The position numbers and the translations under genes are program-made. From assembly GCA_963667175.2 (NCBI GenBank), contig CAXXXF010000003.1:192001-256000 (forward strand): a stretch of 64,000 nucleotides of DNA. Reading direction: 5' to 3'. Shown piece after piece: positions 1 through 9,664 of the stretch. Within the stretch, counting starts at the first letter, position 1. Every line of letters starts with the position of its first letter. The notes under the pieces were generated by a model. The model searched no databases. It was not told the DNA's origin and saw only the letters and a program-made list of their open reading frames with translations. This DNA comes from Candidatus Latescibacterota bacterium. Its GTDB lineage: Bacteria; Latescibacterota; UBA2968; GCA-2709665.

Positions 1-2
1 GG

Positions 3-170
3 CTCACCCTGCGCTATATCCCCACCAGCACCCGGGTGACGCGGCAGGCCCACCCTTCCATCTTGTGCCGGGGGGCGCCAATCCCCGAAGTCGGAAACCT
101 TTACGCCGATAAGCCGAAATACGTCGAGGGAGAACACATGGCCTTCGCGGGGTGCGGGAACTGGGCGTGA
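3..170 (+). CDS. 3' end of probable phytanoyl-CoA dioxygenase (PhyH) family protein, truncated by window start
   Basis: Manual translation LTLRYIPTSTRVTRQAHPSILCRG...GEHMAFAGCGNWA*. LTxRY is typical of the last strand of PhyH-family 2OG-Fe(II) enzymes. Confidence 0.55.
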   Translation, partial: LTLRYIPTSTRVTRQAHPSILCRGAPIPEVGNLYADKPKYVEGEHMAFAGCGNWA

Positions 171-274
171 GTGGGGGTTGGAGGGAGAACGTCCTTCCCG
201 TGGACGGGGTGTCCAGGCTTCGATACGTAGCACGGGGCGCGATCCATAGGGCGCCAGGGTGTCTTTCCCGGGAT

Positions 275-412
275 CGAGGGCATCCCTGCCCTCGGTGGCC
301 GATGCGCTGTGCCTTGGCGCCGTCATTTCCGATGTTTCGGACGAATGGGAATGTAAGCCCTTGATGAGGATATTTGCGGGTTCCGCGATATTCGAGGGCA
401 GGGATGCCCTCG
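275..412. repeat. REP doublet (REPIN-like) unit 1
   Basis: CGAGGGCATCCCTGCCCTCG (275-294) and its exact reverse complement (393-412), upstream of RAYT. Confidence 0.9.
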
Positions 413-504
413 GTCCGGTTTCTGGTAGATTATGAACTGATGTAGGGCGGGATACCCTCGGTTCGGATACTATTTAATCACGTACTAATGTAGGGAAGGA
501 CACC

Positions 505-1110
505 TTGGGCTTCAGTGGACCGACATCCCGCGTAAAGCCGTCAAGTAGACTTCACCGCACCCGTCTTCCGCACTTTGAAGCCGGGGAAGTTCCCCAACAC
601 GTTTGTTTTCGACTGGCGGACAGCCTGCCGCAATATCTGCTCCGACAACGGGAGCGTGACCTGGATAGACTTCAGGAAGGGGAACACCAGAATCGTCGAA
701 GGATCGAAGAGGCGTTGGATCGGGGCCATGGCGCCTGCTGGCTGCGCCGGCCTGACATCGCAGCACTGGTGCGTGATGCCATACGGTACTTCGATGGCCA
801 CCTGTATCATCTGCATGCGTGGGTGGTCATGCCCAATCATGTCCACGTGTTGGCGACACCGATTGGCAACCACTCGCTGTCTGGCATCGTACACTCCTGG
901 AAGTCGTACACTGCTAGCCTGGCTAATAAGATGCTGAAACGCAAGGGAAAGTTCTGGCATGAGGACTACTTTGACCGGTTTGTTCGCGACGAAGATCACT
1001 TCGGAGAAATTGTCAAATATATTCACTGGAACCCGGTGAAGGCAGGGTTGTGCACGGACCCTGAAGATTGGGAATGGAGCAATTGTTGCAACCGGCGTTC
1101 ACGGGATTGA
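505..1110 (+). CDS. REP-associated tyrosine transposase (RAYT, HUH Y1 family)
   Basis: RLPH...FRLADSLP, HUH motif WVVMPNHVHVL, FWHEDYFDR and catalytic-Tyr region YIHWNPVKAGL. Flanked by REP palindromes. Confidence 0.92.
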   Translation: MGFSGPTSRVKPSSRLHRTRLPHFEAGEVPQHVCFRLADSLPQYLLRQRERDLDRLQEGEHQNRRRIEEALDRGHGACWLRRPDIAALVRDAIRYFDGHLYHLHAWVVMPNHVHVLATPIGNHSLSGIVHSWKSYTASLANKMLKRKGKFWHEDYFDRFVRDEDHFGEIVKYIHWNPVKAGLCTDPEDWEWSNCCNRRSRD

Positions 1111-1164
1111 TGGCCTCCTTCCCTCGACGCGTAGCGCCAGGCGCGATCCGTTGGGTGCGAGGAT

Positions 1165-2030
1165 GCCTTTCCCGGGAGCGAGGGCATCCCTGCCCTCGCC
1201 GGCGGATGTACGGGGCCTTGGTGCCGTCATTTCCGAAATGGAACTGGAAGCGAAGGAAGCGATAGGCCCTTGATGTAGATGTTGGCTGTTGATGCGAAGT
1301 TCGAGGGCAGGGATGCCCTCGGTCCGGGTGCTGGAGGATCATGAACTGATGCAGGGCGGGAGGCTCGGTGTTAGGGATGGCACAATCGGTGTGTGGCGGA
1401 TTTTTACGAACTGAATCAATTCCAGCGGATCTGTTCCTGGGTTCAAGGTTTCCCTGAGAGCGAGGGCATCCCTGCCCTCGCCGGCCGATACGTGAGGCCT
1501 TGGCGCCGTCATTTCCGATGTTTCGGATGAATGGGGATGATAAGCCCTTGATGAGGAAATTTGCGGGTGCTGCGATATTCGAGGGCAGGGATGCCCTCGG
1601 TCCGGACACTGGTGGATCATGTACTGAAGTAGGGCAGATCTTCAGTTTTGCAGGTATTGATCGGTCACTTGTCCTGACCGGGTAACACGCAGGGCGTGCA
1701 AGGTGGCGGGAGGAAAAAACCGCGCACCTTCGGGAGGTCAATTCGAAGTAGCGATTCACGCCAAACAGGTGTTATTGGCGCAATAGCAACGAATGCCTTT
1801 CCCGGGATCGAGGGCATCCCTGCCCTCGGTGGCCGATGCGCTGTGCCTTGGCGCCGTCATTTCCGAAATGGAATTGGAAGCAAGGGAAGCAGAAGGTCCC
1901 TGATGTGGAAATTGGCGGTTGATGCGAAGTTCGAGGGCAGGGATGCCCTCGGTCCGGGTGCTGGAGGATCATGAACTGATGCAGGGCGGGAGGCTCGGTG
2001 TTAGGGATGGCACAATCGGTGTGGTGGCGA
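1165..2030. repeat. Array of three REP doublets (units 2-4) with conserved internal and trailing sequence
   Basis: Inverted 20-mer pairs at 1179-1198/1302-1321, 1461-1480/1580-1599 and 1809-1828/1932-1951. Units share the internal ccttggYgccgtcatttccga and the tail ggtccgg...ggatcatg. Confidence 0.92.
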
Positions 2031-2062
2031 GTTCGCATTCGTAACGTCGATATCGATACCAA

Positions 2063-5000
2063 ATGCAACTGGAAGACCTCAAACCCGGCACAACCGTCCG
2101 CGGCATCGTTCCCGACGGCGTTGTAACCGTCGTCAACGTGCAATGGCACGGCTCCGGAGCGCTTACGCTGATCTATCGCCCGGCCTCCGGGCGGGTCGCC
2201 GAAGAGATTCTCTACCGGCACGACGAGGCGCGCCTCGAGATCGTCGAGCATGGCCGCCCGTGGAGTTTCGACGGCGACGGCGCGCTCTTTCGCCTTGTGT
2301 CCGAAGCCTACCGCATCCGCCTGGCCCACTTATTCGATCCCGTCCTCGCCGTACATACTTCCCTCGTCGAACCTCTCCCGCACCAGATCACGGCCGTGTA
2401 CGAGGCCATGTTACCGCACCATCCGCTGCGGTTCCTGCTGGCCGACGATCCCGGCGCCGGAAAAACGATCATGGCCGGGCTCTTGATGAAGGAACTCGTT
2501 GCCCGCGGCGATCTCCGACGATGCCTCGTGGTGTGTCCCGGTAGCCTTGCCGAGCAGTGGCAGGACGAACTCTACCGCCGTTTCCATCTCCCGTTCGAGA
2601 TTCTGACGAACGACAAGCTTGACGCCGCCCGGACTGGAAATTGGTTCCTCGAAAACGACCTCGCCATCGCCCGGCTGGACAAACTCGCCCGCAATGACGA
2701 CCTGCAGGCCAAGCTGGGCGCCCCGGACTGTCGCTACGACATGGTGGTCTGCGACGAAGCGCACAAGATGTCGGCGACCTTCTTCGGCGGCGAAGTGAGA
2801 TACACCAGGCGCTACCGGCTCGGTCAACTTCTGTCCAATCTCACCCGCCATTTTCTGCTGATGACGGCCACGCCGCACAACGGGAAGGAGGCGGACTTTC
2901 AACTCTTCCTCGCCCTGTTGGACGGCGATCGCTTCGAGGGACGGTTCCGTGACGGCGTTCACCAGGTGGACGTTTCCGATCTGATGCGCCGAATGGTGAA
3001 GGAGAATCTGTTGAAGTTCGACGGACGGCCGTTGTTCCCGGAGCGCATCGCGTATTCGGTGCCGTACAGGCTAACTGACGCCGAAGCGCGGCTGTACAGA
3101 GAGGTGACCGAATACGTCCGCGAAGAGTTCAATCGCGCGGAGGCGTTGCAAAACGATACACGCGCGGGTACCGTCGGCTTTGCGCTCACCATCCTGCAGC
3201 GGCGCCTGGCGTCTTCGCCCGAAGCGATTCACCAATCGCTGAGGCGGCGCCGTGAACGGCTCGAAGGCCGGCTTCGAGAACTGAGCCTGCTGCAACGCGG
3301 CGCCAGGCAACAGGAAGCAATCTCCCAGGCCGGTCCGTTGTTGGACGCCGAGGACGTGGAGGACCTGGACGACGCCCCGTACGAAGAGGTCGAGGCTGCC
3401 GAGGCGGCAGTGCTGGACGAGGCGACGGCGGCAGGTACCATCGCGGAACTGGAAGCCGAGATCGCTTCGCTCAAGCGGCTCGAAAAGATCGCGGGTGAAA
3501 TCCTTCGCAGCGGAGAGGATACGAAGTGGCGTGAACTCTCGAATCTGCTCGGAGAGATCTTCACGAAGGCCGGACTGGGAGCGTCGGGTGGCGAGAAAGT
3601 CGAACCCTACGGCAGCGGCGCCATCCCGCCTCCTGTTCCGTCGCCGAGCCAGAAACTCGTACTCTTCACCGAGCACCGGGATTCGCTGAACTACCTCCAG
3701 CGGCGCATTGCCACGCTGCTTGGCCGTCCGTCCGGCGTTGTCACCATCCACGGGAGCATGGGGCGGGAGGATCGCCGCAAGGCCCAGGAGGCCTTCCTGC
3801 ACGATCCGCTGGTTCGGGTTCTGTTGGCTACCGACGCCGCCGGTGAGGGCATCAACCTCCAGCGCGCCCACCTGATGGTGAACTACGACCTTCCGTGGAA
3901 CCCGAACCGCATCGAACAGCGATTCGGACGGATCCACCGCATCGGGCAGACGGAGGTCTGTCATCTCTGGAACCTGGTGGCGGAAGAAACCCGGGAAGGC
4001 GACGTGTACCGCAAACTGCTGGACAAGCTCGAGCAGGCCCGGAGCGCCCTTGGCGGACAGGTCTTCGACGTGCTCGGCAGGCTTCAGTTCGACGGCCGTC
4101 CCCTTCGCGACCTGCTGATCGAAGCGATCCGCTACGGCGAACAACCCGAAGTGCGCGCCCGGCTCTCGGAGGCTGTAGATGAAGCCGTAGACCGGCCGCA
4201 TCTTCAGGAACTGATCGATGAACACGCCCTCGCGCACGATGCGATGGACTCGACCCGGGTTGCGCGCGTGCGGGAGGAGATGGAACGCGCCGAGGCCCGG
4301 CGACTGCAACCGCACTACATCGAGGCGTTTTTCCTCGAAGCGTTCAGGCGACTGGGAGGCACGGCGCGACGGCGTGAGACGGGCCGGTATCAGATCAACC
4401 ACGTCCCGGCGCCGGTGCGCAACCGCGACAGGCAGATCGGCGTGGGCGAACCGGTTCTCGCGCGCTACGAACGCATCGCTTTCGACAAGAAGTACCTCAC
4501 GCCACAGGGGGAGACGCCCGCGGCCTTCGTGTGCCCCGGACACCCGTTACTCGACGCAATCCTCGACCTGACGCTGGAGCGCCACAGGGACCTGCTTCAT
4601 CGAGGCGCCGTACTCGTGGATGAGCGGGACCCGGGCCTGGAAACGCGCGTGATCTTCTCTCTGGAACATGCCATCAAGGATGGGAGTGTCCTGCCGAGCG
4701 GTGAAGGTCGCGTCATTTCCCGCCGGACGCTATACGTCGAGATCGATTCATCGGGCGCAAAGTATCGTCTGGACCACGCGCCTTACCTGGACTACCGGCC
4801 ACTGGGAGATCACGAACCCAATGAAGCGGACGTCCTCGCTCGTCCCGAATGCGAATGGATCACGCGCGAACTGGAGCAGCAGGCGCGCGAGGAAGCCATC
4901 GCCAACATCGTGCCGGAACACCTCGGTGAAGTACGCGACCGTCGAATTGATCTGGTTGCGAAGACCCGCGCCGCGGTAAAGGAGCGCCTGACCAGGGAAA

Positions 5001-5635
5001 TGGCGTACTGGGACCACCGGGCCGAGGAGCTCAAGCTGCAGGAGGAAGCGGGAAAGGCCGGAGCAAAGCTAAACTCGCGTGAGGCCCAGCGGCGGGCCGA
5101 CGACCTTCAGGAGCGTCTTGAGCAGCGGATGTCCCAACTGGACCGGGAAGAGAAAATTTCAGCGCTCCCTCCCGCCGTGATCGGCGGCCTTGTCGTGGTG
5201 CCGATGGGACTTCTGGCAGAGATGAGCGGCGCCTCGCCCCCGCGGCGACCCGTGGACACCCAGAAGTCGGCGGCGAAAGCGCGCGCCATCATCATGGAAG
5301 TCGAGCGCGGCCTTGGATTCGAGCCGGTCGACCGGGAGACCGAACACCTCGGATATGACATCGAGAGCCGCGTTCCGGGAACGGGGAAACTCCGGTTCAT
5401 CGAAGTGAAGGGCCGCCAATCCGGTGAAGATACGATCACGGTGACGACAAACGAGATCGTCACCGCGTTGAACAAACCGGACGACTTCGTCCTCGCCATT
5501 GTCGAGTTTCTGGATAGCGGTGAACATCGCACGCACTACCTGCGCCGGCCCTTCCAGCGGGAACCGGACTTTTCGGTGACCAGCGTGAACTACAAGCTGA
5601 AAGACTTAATTGAACGGGCCGGAAAGCCGGTCTAA
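2063..5635 (+). CDS. SNF2-family helicase with C-terminal DUF3883 (NOV-C) PD-(D/E)XK nuclease domain
   Basis: LADDPGAGKT, CDEAH, MTATPH, QRFGRIHRIGQ, and C-terminal GYDIES...FIEVKG. Confidence 0.9.
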   Translation: MQLEDLKPGTTVRGIVPDGVVTVVNVQWHGSGALTLIYRPASGRVAEEILYRHDEARLEIVEHGRPWSFDGDGALFRLVSEAYRIRLAHLFDPVLAVHTSLVEPLPHQITAVYEAMLPHHPLRFLLADDPGAGKTIMAGLLMKELVARGDLRRCLVVCPGSLAEQWQDELYRRFHLPFEILTNDKLDAARTGNWFLENDLAIARLDKLARNDDLQAKLGAPDCRYDMVVCDEAHKMSATFFGGEVRYTRRYRLGQLLSNLTRHFLLMTATPHNGKEADFQLFLALLDGDRFEGRFRDGVHQVDVSDLMRRMVKENLLKFDGRPLFPERIAYSVPYRLTDAEARLYREVTEYVREEFNRAEALQNDTRAGTVGFALTILQRRLASSPEAIHQSLRRRRERLEGRLRELSLLQRGARQQEAISQAGPLLDAEDVEDLDDAPYEEVEAAEAAVLDEATAAGTIAELEAEIASLKRLEKIAGEILRSGEDTKWRELSNLLGEIFTKAGLGASGGEKVEPYGSGAIPPPVPSPSQKLVLFTEHRDSLNYLQRRIATLLGRPSGVVTIHGSMGREDRRKAQEAFLHDPLVRVLLATDAAGEGINLQRAHLMVNYDLPWNPNRIEQRFGRIHRIGQTEVCHLWNLVAEETREGDVYRKLLDKLEQARSALGGQVFDVLGRLQFDGRPLRDLLIEAIRYGEQPEVRARLSEAVDEAVDRPHLQELIDEHALAHDAMDSTRVARVREEMERAEARRLQPHYIEAFFLEAFRRLGGTARRRETGRYQINHVPAPVRNRDRQIGVGEPVLARYERIAFDKKYLTPQGETPAAFVCPGHPLLDAILDLTLERHRDLLHRGAVLVDERDPGLETRVIFSLEHAIKDGSVLPSGEGRVISRRTLYVEIDSSGAKYRLDHAPYLDYRPLGDHEPNEADVLARPECEWITRELEQQAREEAIANIVPEHLGEVRDRRIDLVAKTRAAVKERLTREMAYWDHRAEELKLQEEAGKAGAKLNSREAQRRADDLQERLEQRMSQLDREEKISALPPAVIGGLVVVPMGLLAEMSGASPPRRPVDTQKSAAKARAIIMEVERGLGFEPVDRETEHLGYDIESRVPGTGKLRFIEVKGRQSGEDTITVTTNEIVTALNKPDDFVLAIVEFLDSGEHRTHYLRRPFQREPDFSVTSVNYKLKDLIERAGKPV

Positions 5636-5657
5636 AGTACAACTGAGGGAGGGAATT

Positions 5658-7364
5658 ATGGCGAAAGCGAATATCCTCAACACTCGTACGATCAATTACA
5701 TGGAGCTTATTGGCAACGGCAAGTTATACAGAGTGCCCCCGTATCAACGCGACTACTCCTGGTCGCAAGAACAATGGGAGGACTTATGGAACGACATTCT
5801 AGAACTGAAGTCGTCCCCCGATGAGCGCCATTATATGGGTGCACTCGTAGTTGAAGGGAAGAGTGATCGCGAATTCCTGATCATCGATGGACAGCAGCGC
5901 CTTCCTACATTGAGTCTGTTTGCGCTCGCAGTTATCGACAGATTACAGGCGATGGCCGACCAGGGGATCGAGCCTGAGGACAACGGGGAACGGGCTCGGG
6001 AACTACGGAATCGATTTATAGGAGAGAAGGATCCGGCTTCGCTTACCGAAAGCACGCGATTGTACTTAAACGAGACCGACGATCCATTCTATCAAGACTA
6101 TCTGGTTCAACTAAGAAAACCGATAAACCCAAGGGGTTTGCCCAGGTCGAATCAACTCCTTTGGCAGTGTTTCCTTTATTTTAAGCGAAGTCTCGAATCG
6201 GCTCAGGATCTACAGGTGGATGGCAGAATCACAGCTAGCCTCCTCTCAGAGACCATCGCACGCCAATTCCTTTTTATTCTGATCACAGTAGACGACGAGT
6301 TAAACGCTTACACGGTTTTTGAGACTCTTAACGCGCGGGGTTTGGAATTAACCACTACGGACCTCCTGAAGAACTACCTGTTCTCGCGAGTGTCAGTGTC
6401 TGCAGATCTGACGGCATTACAGCGTCGCTGGCAAAGGCTAGTCGCCACCGTCGAACAGCCGCGTTTTCCTGAGTTTCTTCGATATCATCTTCTCTGCGAG
6501 CACCCGAGAGTTCGAAGCGAACGGTTATTTAAGCTGGTTCGAGAGCGAACCAAAACGTCTCAGGATGTATTCGATCTCCTTGACAACCTGGAAGGCCGTG
6601 CGGAACTATTCGCGGCTGTCCTGGATCCGAACCACAGCTACTGGATTGAATTACACAAAGCAAAGCCGTACATCCATGAGCTAAACCTCTTTCGAGTACG
6701 TCAAGCAATGCCTCTGCTGTTCGCAGCTTGGGAAAATATGAATGGCGAATTTGTCCGCATTCTGAAACTCGTCAGCAATATTTCGTTCCGTTACACTGTT
6801 GTGAGCCGCCGGAACACGAATGAACTAGAACCTGTCTACCACAACGCTGCCAAGGCGGTAATCGAGGGTAAGGCGACGGGACCTGCCGAAGTTTTCAATC
6901 ATCTAAAGGCCATCTACGTGGATGACATAAGGATGGACCAGGATTTCGCATTTCTTACCGTAAACACTCGAGGGCCCAGGAAGAAATTGGCGAAATATAT
7001 CCTGGCACGACTGGAAGAGGACGCAGCTAAGCGCCCCTGCGATTCGAATACGGACCCCGGAACGATCGAGCATATCCTTCCGGAGAATCCATTGGAATCC
7101 TGGGATGAGACATTTGCTTCGGATCAGTGGGATGCCGCAATCTACCGACTCGGGAATCTAACGCTTCTCGAGCCGTCAGCCAATCGGGATTTAGGTAATT
7201 CCGCCTATGAGCAAAAACGTACGGCGTATACAATAAGCAAGTATGAAATCACCAGGACCATTCCCGAGTTGGCGCCGGAGCAATGGACACCTGAACTGTT
7301 GGACGAAAGGCAACGCAGGTTCTCCAGACGAGCCGTACATTTGTGGAGATCGGATTTCGCGTGA
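5658..7364 (+). CDS. DUF262-DUF1524 fused protein (GmrSD-like type IV restriction nuclease)
   Basis: VPPYQRDYSW, IIDGQQRL, FETLNARG, TIEHILPE...LGNLTLLE...N (HNH). ATG at 5658 follows GGGAGG. Confidence 0.88.
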   Translation: MAKANILNTRTINYMELIGNGKLYRVPPYQRDYSWSQEQWEDLWNDILELKSSPDERHYMGALVVEGKSDREFLIIDGQQRLPTLSLFALAVIDRLQAMADQGIEPEDNGERARELRNRFIGEKDPASLTESTRLYLNETDDPFYQDYLVQLRKPINPRGLPRSNQLLWQCFLYFKRSLESAQDLQVDGRITASLLSETIARQFLFILITVDDELNAYTVFETLNARGLELTTTDLLKNYLFSRVSVSADLTALQRRWQRLVATVEQPRFPEFLRYHLLCEHPRVRSERLFKLVRERTKTSQDVFDLLDNLEGRAELFAAVLDPNHSYWIELHKAKPYIHELNLFRVRQAMPLLFAAWENMNGEFVRILKLVSNISFRYTVVSRRNTNELEPVYHNAAKAVIEGKATGPAEVFNHLKAIYVDDIRMDQDFAFLTVNTRGPRKKLAKYILARLEEDAAKRPCDSNTDPGTIEHILPENPLESWDETFASDQWDAAIYRLGNLTLLEPSANRDLGNSAYEQKRTAYTISKYEITRTIPELAPEQWTPELLDERQRRFSRRAVHLWRSDFA

Positions 7365-7501
7365 AAGAGCATTCAGGTCGGCGTTAAATCCAGCTAAATC
7401 AATGTCAGGGGAGCTTGTGTGACGGAACAGGAAATGAAATACCAAATAAAGGTCAACATTACGCAAGTAAATGGGCACTTTGACGGCAATTGCGACAATT
7501 G

Positions 7502-7541
7502 TTGATGAATTCCAAGAAATCGTTACCTTTTGCGTAATGAT
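7502..7541 (+). promoter_or_regulatory. Degenerate copy of higBA promoter/operator
   Basis: TTGATG-16-TACCTT overlapped by ATCGTTAC-N7-GTAATGAT. Same motif occurs at 8561 and 9276. Confidence 0.6.
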
Positions 7542-8198
7542 GATCGCCTTCAAAAATAGGAGAATTCGTTAAGATTCCTATCGCGGCTTCGCTTTGTTCA
7601 GCCCTGCCTGCGCCGTGTCCGGCACGGCAGGCAGGCGCTCCCTCCCCGAATCCAGGGATGCGCGTCGGTCGCGCGCCTTGTCTTCGGCCACAATGACTCG
7701 GCCTCGCCTGCAGAGCGACTTTTTCAACGGACTGCTAAAGGAGAGCAAGTAATGGAGACGAACGAGTACCGCCCGGACTACGCAGTCCCCCCTGGTTGGG
7801 ATCCTCGCGGAGCGCCTCGAAGCGTAGGGATTTTCGCACGCGGAGTTCGCGAGACGATGCGACCGACCGGCGAAACTCATCAGCGAGATCATCTCCGGGA
7901 AAGCTCCGATTGAGCCGAAGACGGCCCTTCGGTTCGAAAGGGTGCTGGGGGTCAATGCGGACATCTGGTTGGGTATTGAGAAAGACTATCAGTTACATCA
8001 GAACCGGGAAGCCGATCCGAGGGTAGTTTAGCGTATACCGGCGCCGAAGGCGCATTCAGGAGTCCGGACGTGTTTCGTTCTGCCGACGAGCAGGGCATCG
8101 CTCCTGGAATCGTCGTCGGAAGGCTCCAGCACGAGAGGTATATCGAGTGGAATCGGCTGAACAACCTGAAAGTCCGATTGGAGTGGGTTGACAATTGA
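7537..8198 (+). pseudogene. Decayed second higBA copy: higB stub MMIAFKNRRIR* and frameshifted, internally deleted higA (7752-8198)
   Basis: 7752-8000 matches the 5' end and ~8085-8198 the 3' end of the intact higA at 9665-10747. The higB body is replaced by mobile-element ends. Confidence 0.85.
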
Positions 8199-8396
8199 TG
8201 CCCAAATGCGCAAAAAGAAACGCCCCTTTCGGGGCGTCGGGCCGGAGATGCTATCTCCGGCGGGGTGACGTTCAGATGATAGCTTTTTCCATGGAAATTG
8301 TCAATGGCAAAAGATGCAATCGGAAGGCAACATAAAACCACGTCGAACCGAGTTCTTGTATACATTGATGGCTTCGTACTGCGCCGGCCGGTCAAG

Positions 8397-8521
8397 TGGA
8401 TGGCGGTGAACATCGCACGCTCTACCTGCGCCGGCCCTTCCAGCGGGAACCGGACTTCGCGGTGACCAGCGTGAACTACAAGCTGAAAGATTTAATGGAG
8501 CGGGCCGGAAAGCCCACTTGA
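8397..8521 (+). repeat. Diverged direct copy of the helicase 3' end (5511-5628)
   Basis: ggtgaacatcgcacgc..tacctgcgccggcccttccagcgggaaccggactt..cggtgaccagcgtgaactacaagctgaaaga occurs at both sites. The copy ends GKPT*. Confidence 0.92.
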
Positions 8522-8560
8522 CGGGGGGAACCCGATTTGGGCAGATCGCCAAATTGGCTC

Positions 8561-8600
8561 TTGACACCGGTCTCGAAAATCGTTACCTTTTGCGTAACGA
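8561..8600 (+). promoter_or_regulatory. Sigma70-like promoter with overlapping palindromic operator
   Basis: TTGACA(8561)-17-TACCTT(8584) with the palindrome TCGTTAC-N7-GTAACGA. Confidence 0.65.
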
Positions 8601-8648
8601 AAACGAATCTCTCCACGAATTTCTCGTCAAAACCGAGAGGTGAGACAA

Positions 8649-8906
8649 ATGCCAAGAAAACCAAGAGACACCGTCACATACGACCTCAAGCTAGGCCGCG
8701 AAATCGTTTATCGTGGAACCACCAGCGATCCCGATGCGCGAGAGCAGAGCCACAGAGCAGAGGGCAAGAATTTCGATCAGCTGAAGGTAACATCAAGACG
8801 AATGACGAGAGCGGGGGCGGAGAAAAAGGAGGCCGAGAATCTGGAGACGTACCGAAAGGGACACGGTGGAAGAAATCCAAAATACAACAAGAGGGACGAC
8901 GGATAG
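8649..8906 (+). CDS. Minimal 85-aa GIY-YIG-like protein
   Basis: Y..L....VYRGTTSDPDAREQSH...AEKKE...NPKYN has the Y-x-G-x-T, R, H, E and N spacing of GIY-YIG. RBS GAGG. Confidence 0.6.
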   Translation: MPRKPRDTVTYDLKLGREIVYRGTTSDPDAREQSHRAEGKNFDQLKVTSRRMTRAGAEKKEAENLETYRKGHGGRNPKYNKRDDG

Positions 8907-8925
8907 ATCTACTACAACTCTCCGA

Positions 8926-9166
8926 GCGCGGCTTCGCGTCGTTCAACCGCAATCAAATGGGTGGCAGTGAACGCGTGAGCCCGTTCGATGTACCAATCAC
9001 TCCCCCCTTGAGGGGGAGTCGCAGAAGCCGAGCCTGATCCCTGTGCTTTTCGAAGGGTCAGGCGACGGCTGATGCGGTGGGGGGAATTCAGCGCCTTGCC
9101 GTACGCCGGTGGCGTGCATGAACTTGCTGCCGTTTTTCGCGTTGATGCCCCGCTTGAAGACTCAAA
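8926..9166 (+). mobile_element. Non-autonomous derivative of the Rep_trans-like element (diverged)
   Basis: Colinear with 52074-52293: 5' hairpin gcggcttcgc..gttcaaccgcaatcaaa, central aatcactccccccttgagggggagtcgcagaagccgagcc and degenerate 3' end. Confidence 0.75.
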
Positions 9167-9275
9167 GGACTGACGGACTACACATCCACACGATTCCGCG
9201 GTCCCGGCATCCAAACGCACCCTGCGCGATTTCGTGATCGAATACCGGTCGCCGAACAGGTATAGTAATCTCTCC

Positions 9276-9318
9276 TTGACATACGCTCACCCAAATCGTT
9301 ACCTTCCGCGTAACGATG
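9276..9318 (+). promoter_or_regulatory. higBA promoter/operator
   Basis: TTGACA-18-TACCTT. The perfect palindrome ATCGTTAC-N7-GTAACGAT runs into the higB ATG, and there is no SD (near-leaderless). Confidence 0.7.
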
Positions 9319-9651
9319 ATGATCGCCTTCAAATCCAGAAAGCTCGAAAAGACCCTAAACTCCGGTCGCGCCCTTGTGAGGACGTTCGGAAACAGGAAAG
9401 CTCGAGCAATAAAGATGCGGCTCGCCGTGCTGGCGAACGCTTCGACACTGGCCGCCGTTCCCCATACGCCACCGGATCGACGACATCAGCTAACGGATGA
9501 TCGTGAAGGGCAATTCGCGGTAGATCTCGACCATCACAATCGGCTTATCTTCGTACCCAATCACGACCCTGTCCCCCTTTTGGAAGACAGTGGAATCGAC
9601 CTTCACCGTGTCACGGCAATCATGATTCTGGAAGTCACCGACTATCACTAA
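9316..9651 (+). CDS. higB: HigB-like (RelE superfamily) toxin
   Basis: MIAFKSRKLEK...HQLTDDREGQFAVDL...RLIF...EVTDYH. Toxin-first gene order. Confidence 0.85.
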   Translation: MMIAFKSRKLEKTLNSGRALVRTFGNRKARAIKMRLAVLANASTLAAVPHTPPDRRHQLTDDREGQFAVDLDHHNRLIFVPNHDPVPLLEDSGIDLHRVTAIMILEVTDYH

Positions 9652-9664
9652 AGGAGAACGAGTG

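Noticed and set aside
1165-2030. CRISPR array
   Set aside because: Repeats alternate in orientation, the intervening sequence is itself repeated, there are no cas genes, and the adjacent RAYT explains them as REPs.
1013-2329. ORFs 1013-1759, 1696-1974 and 1772-2329
   Set aside because: Translations of REP repeats or the antisense of the helicase.
5898-5909. DGQQRLPT instead of DGQQRLTT as an inactivating change
   Set aside because: The core DGQQR is intact and the effect cannot be judged from sequence.
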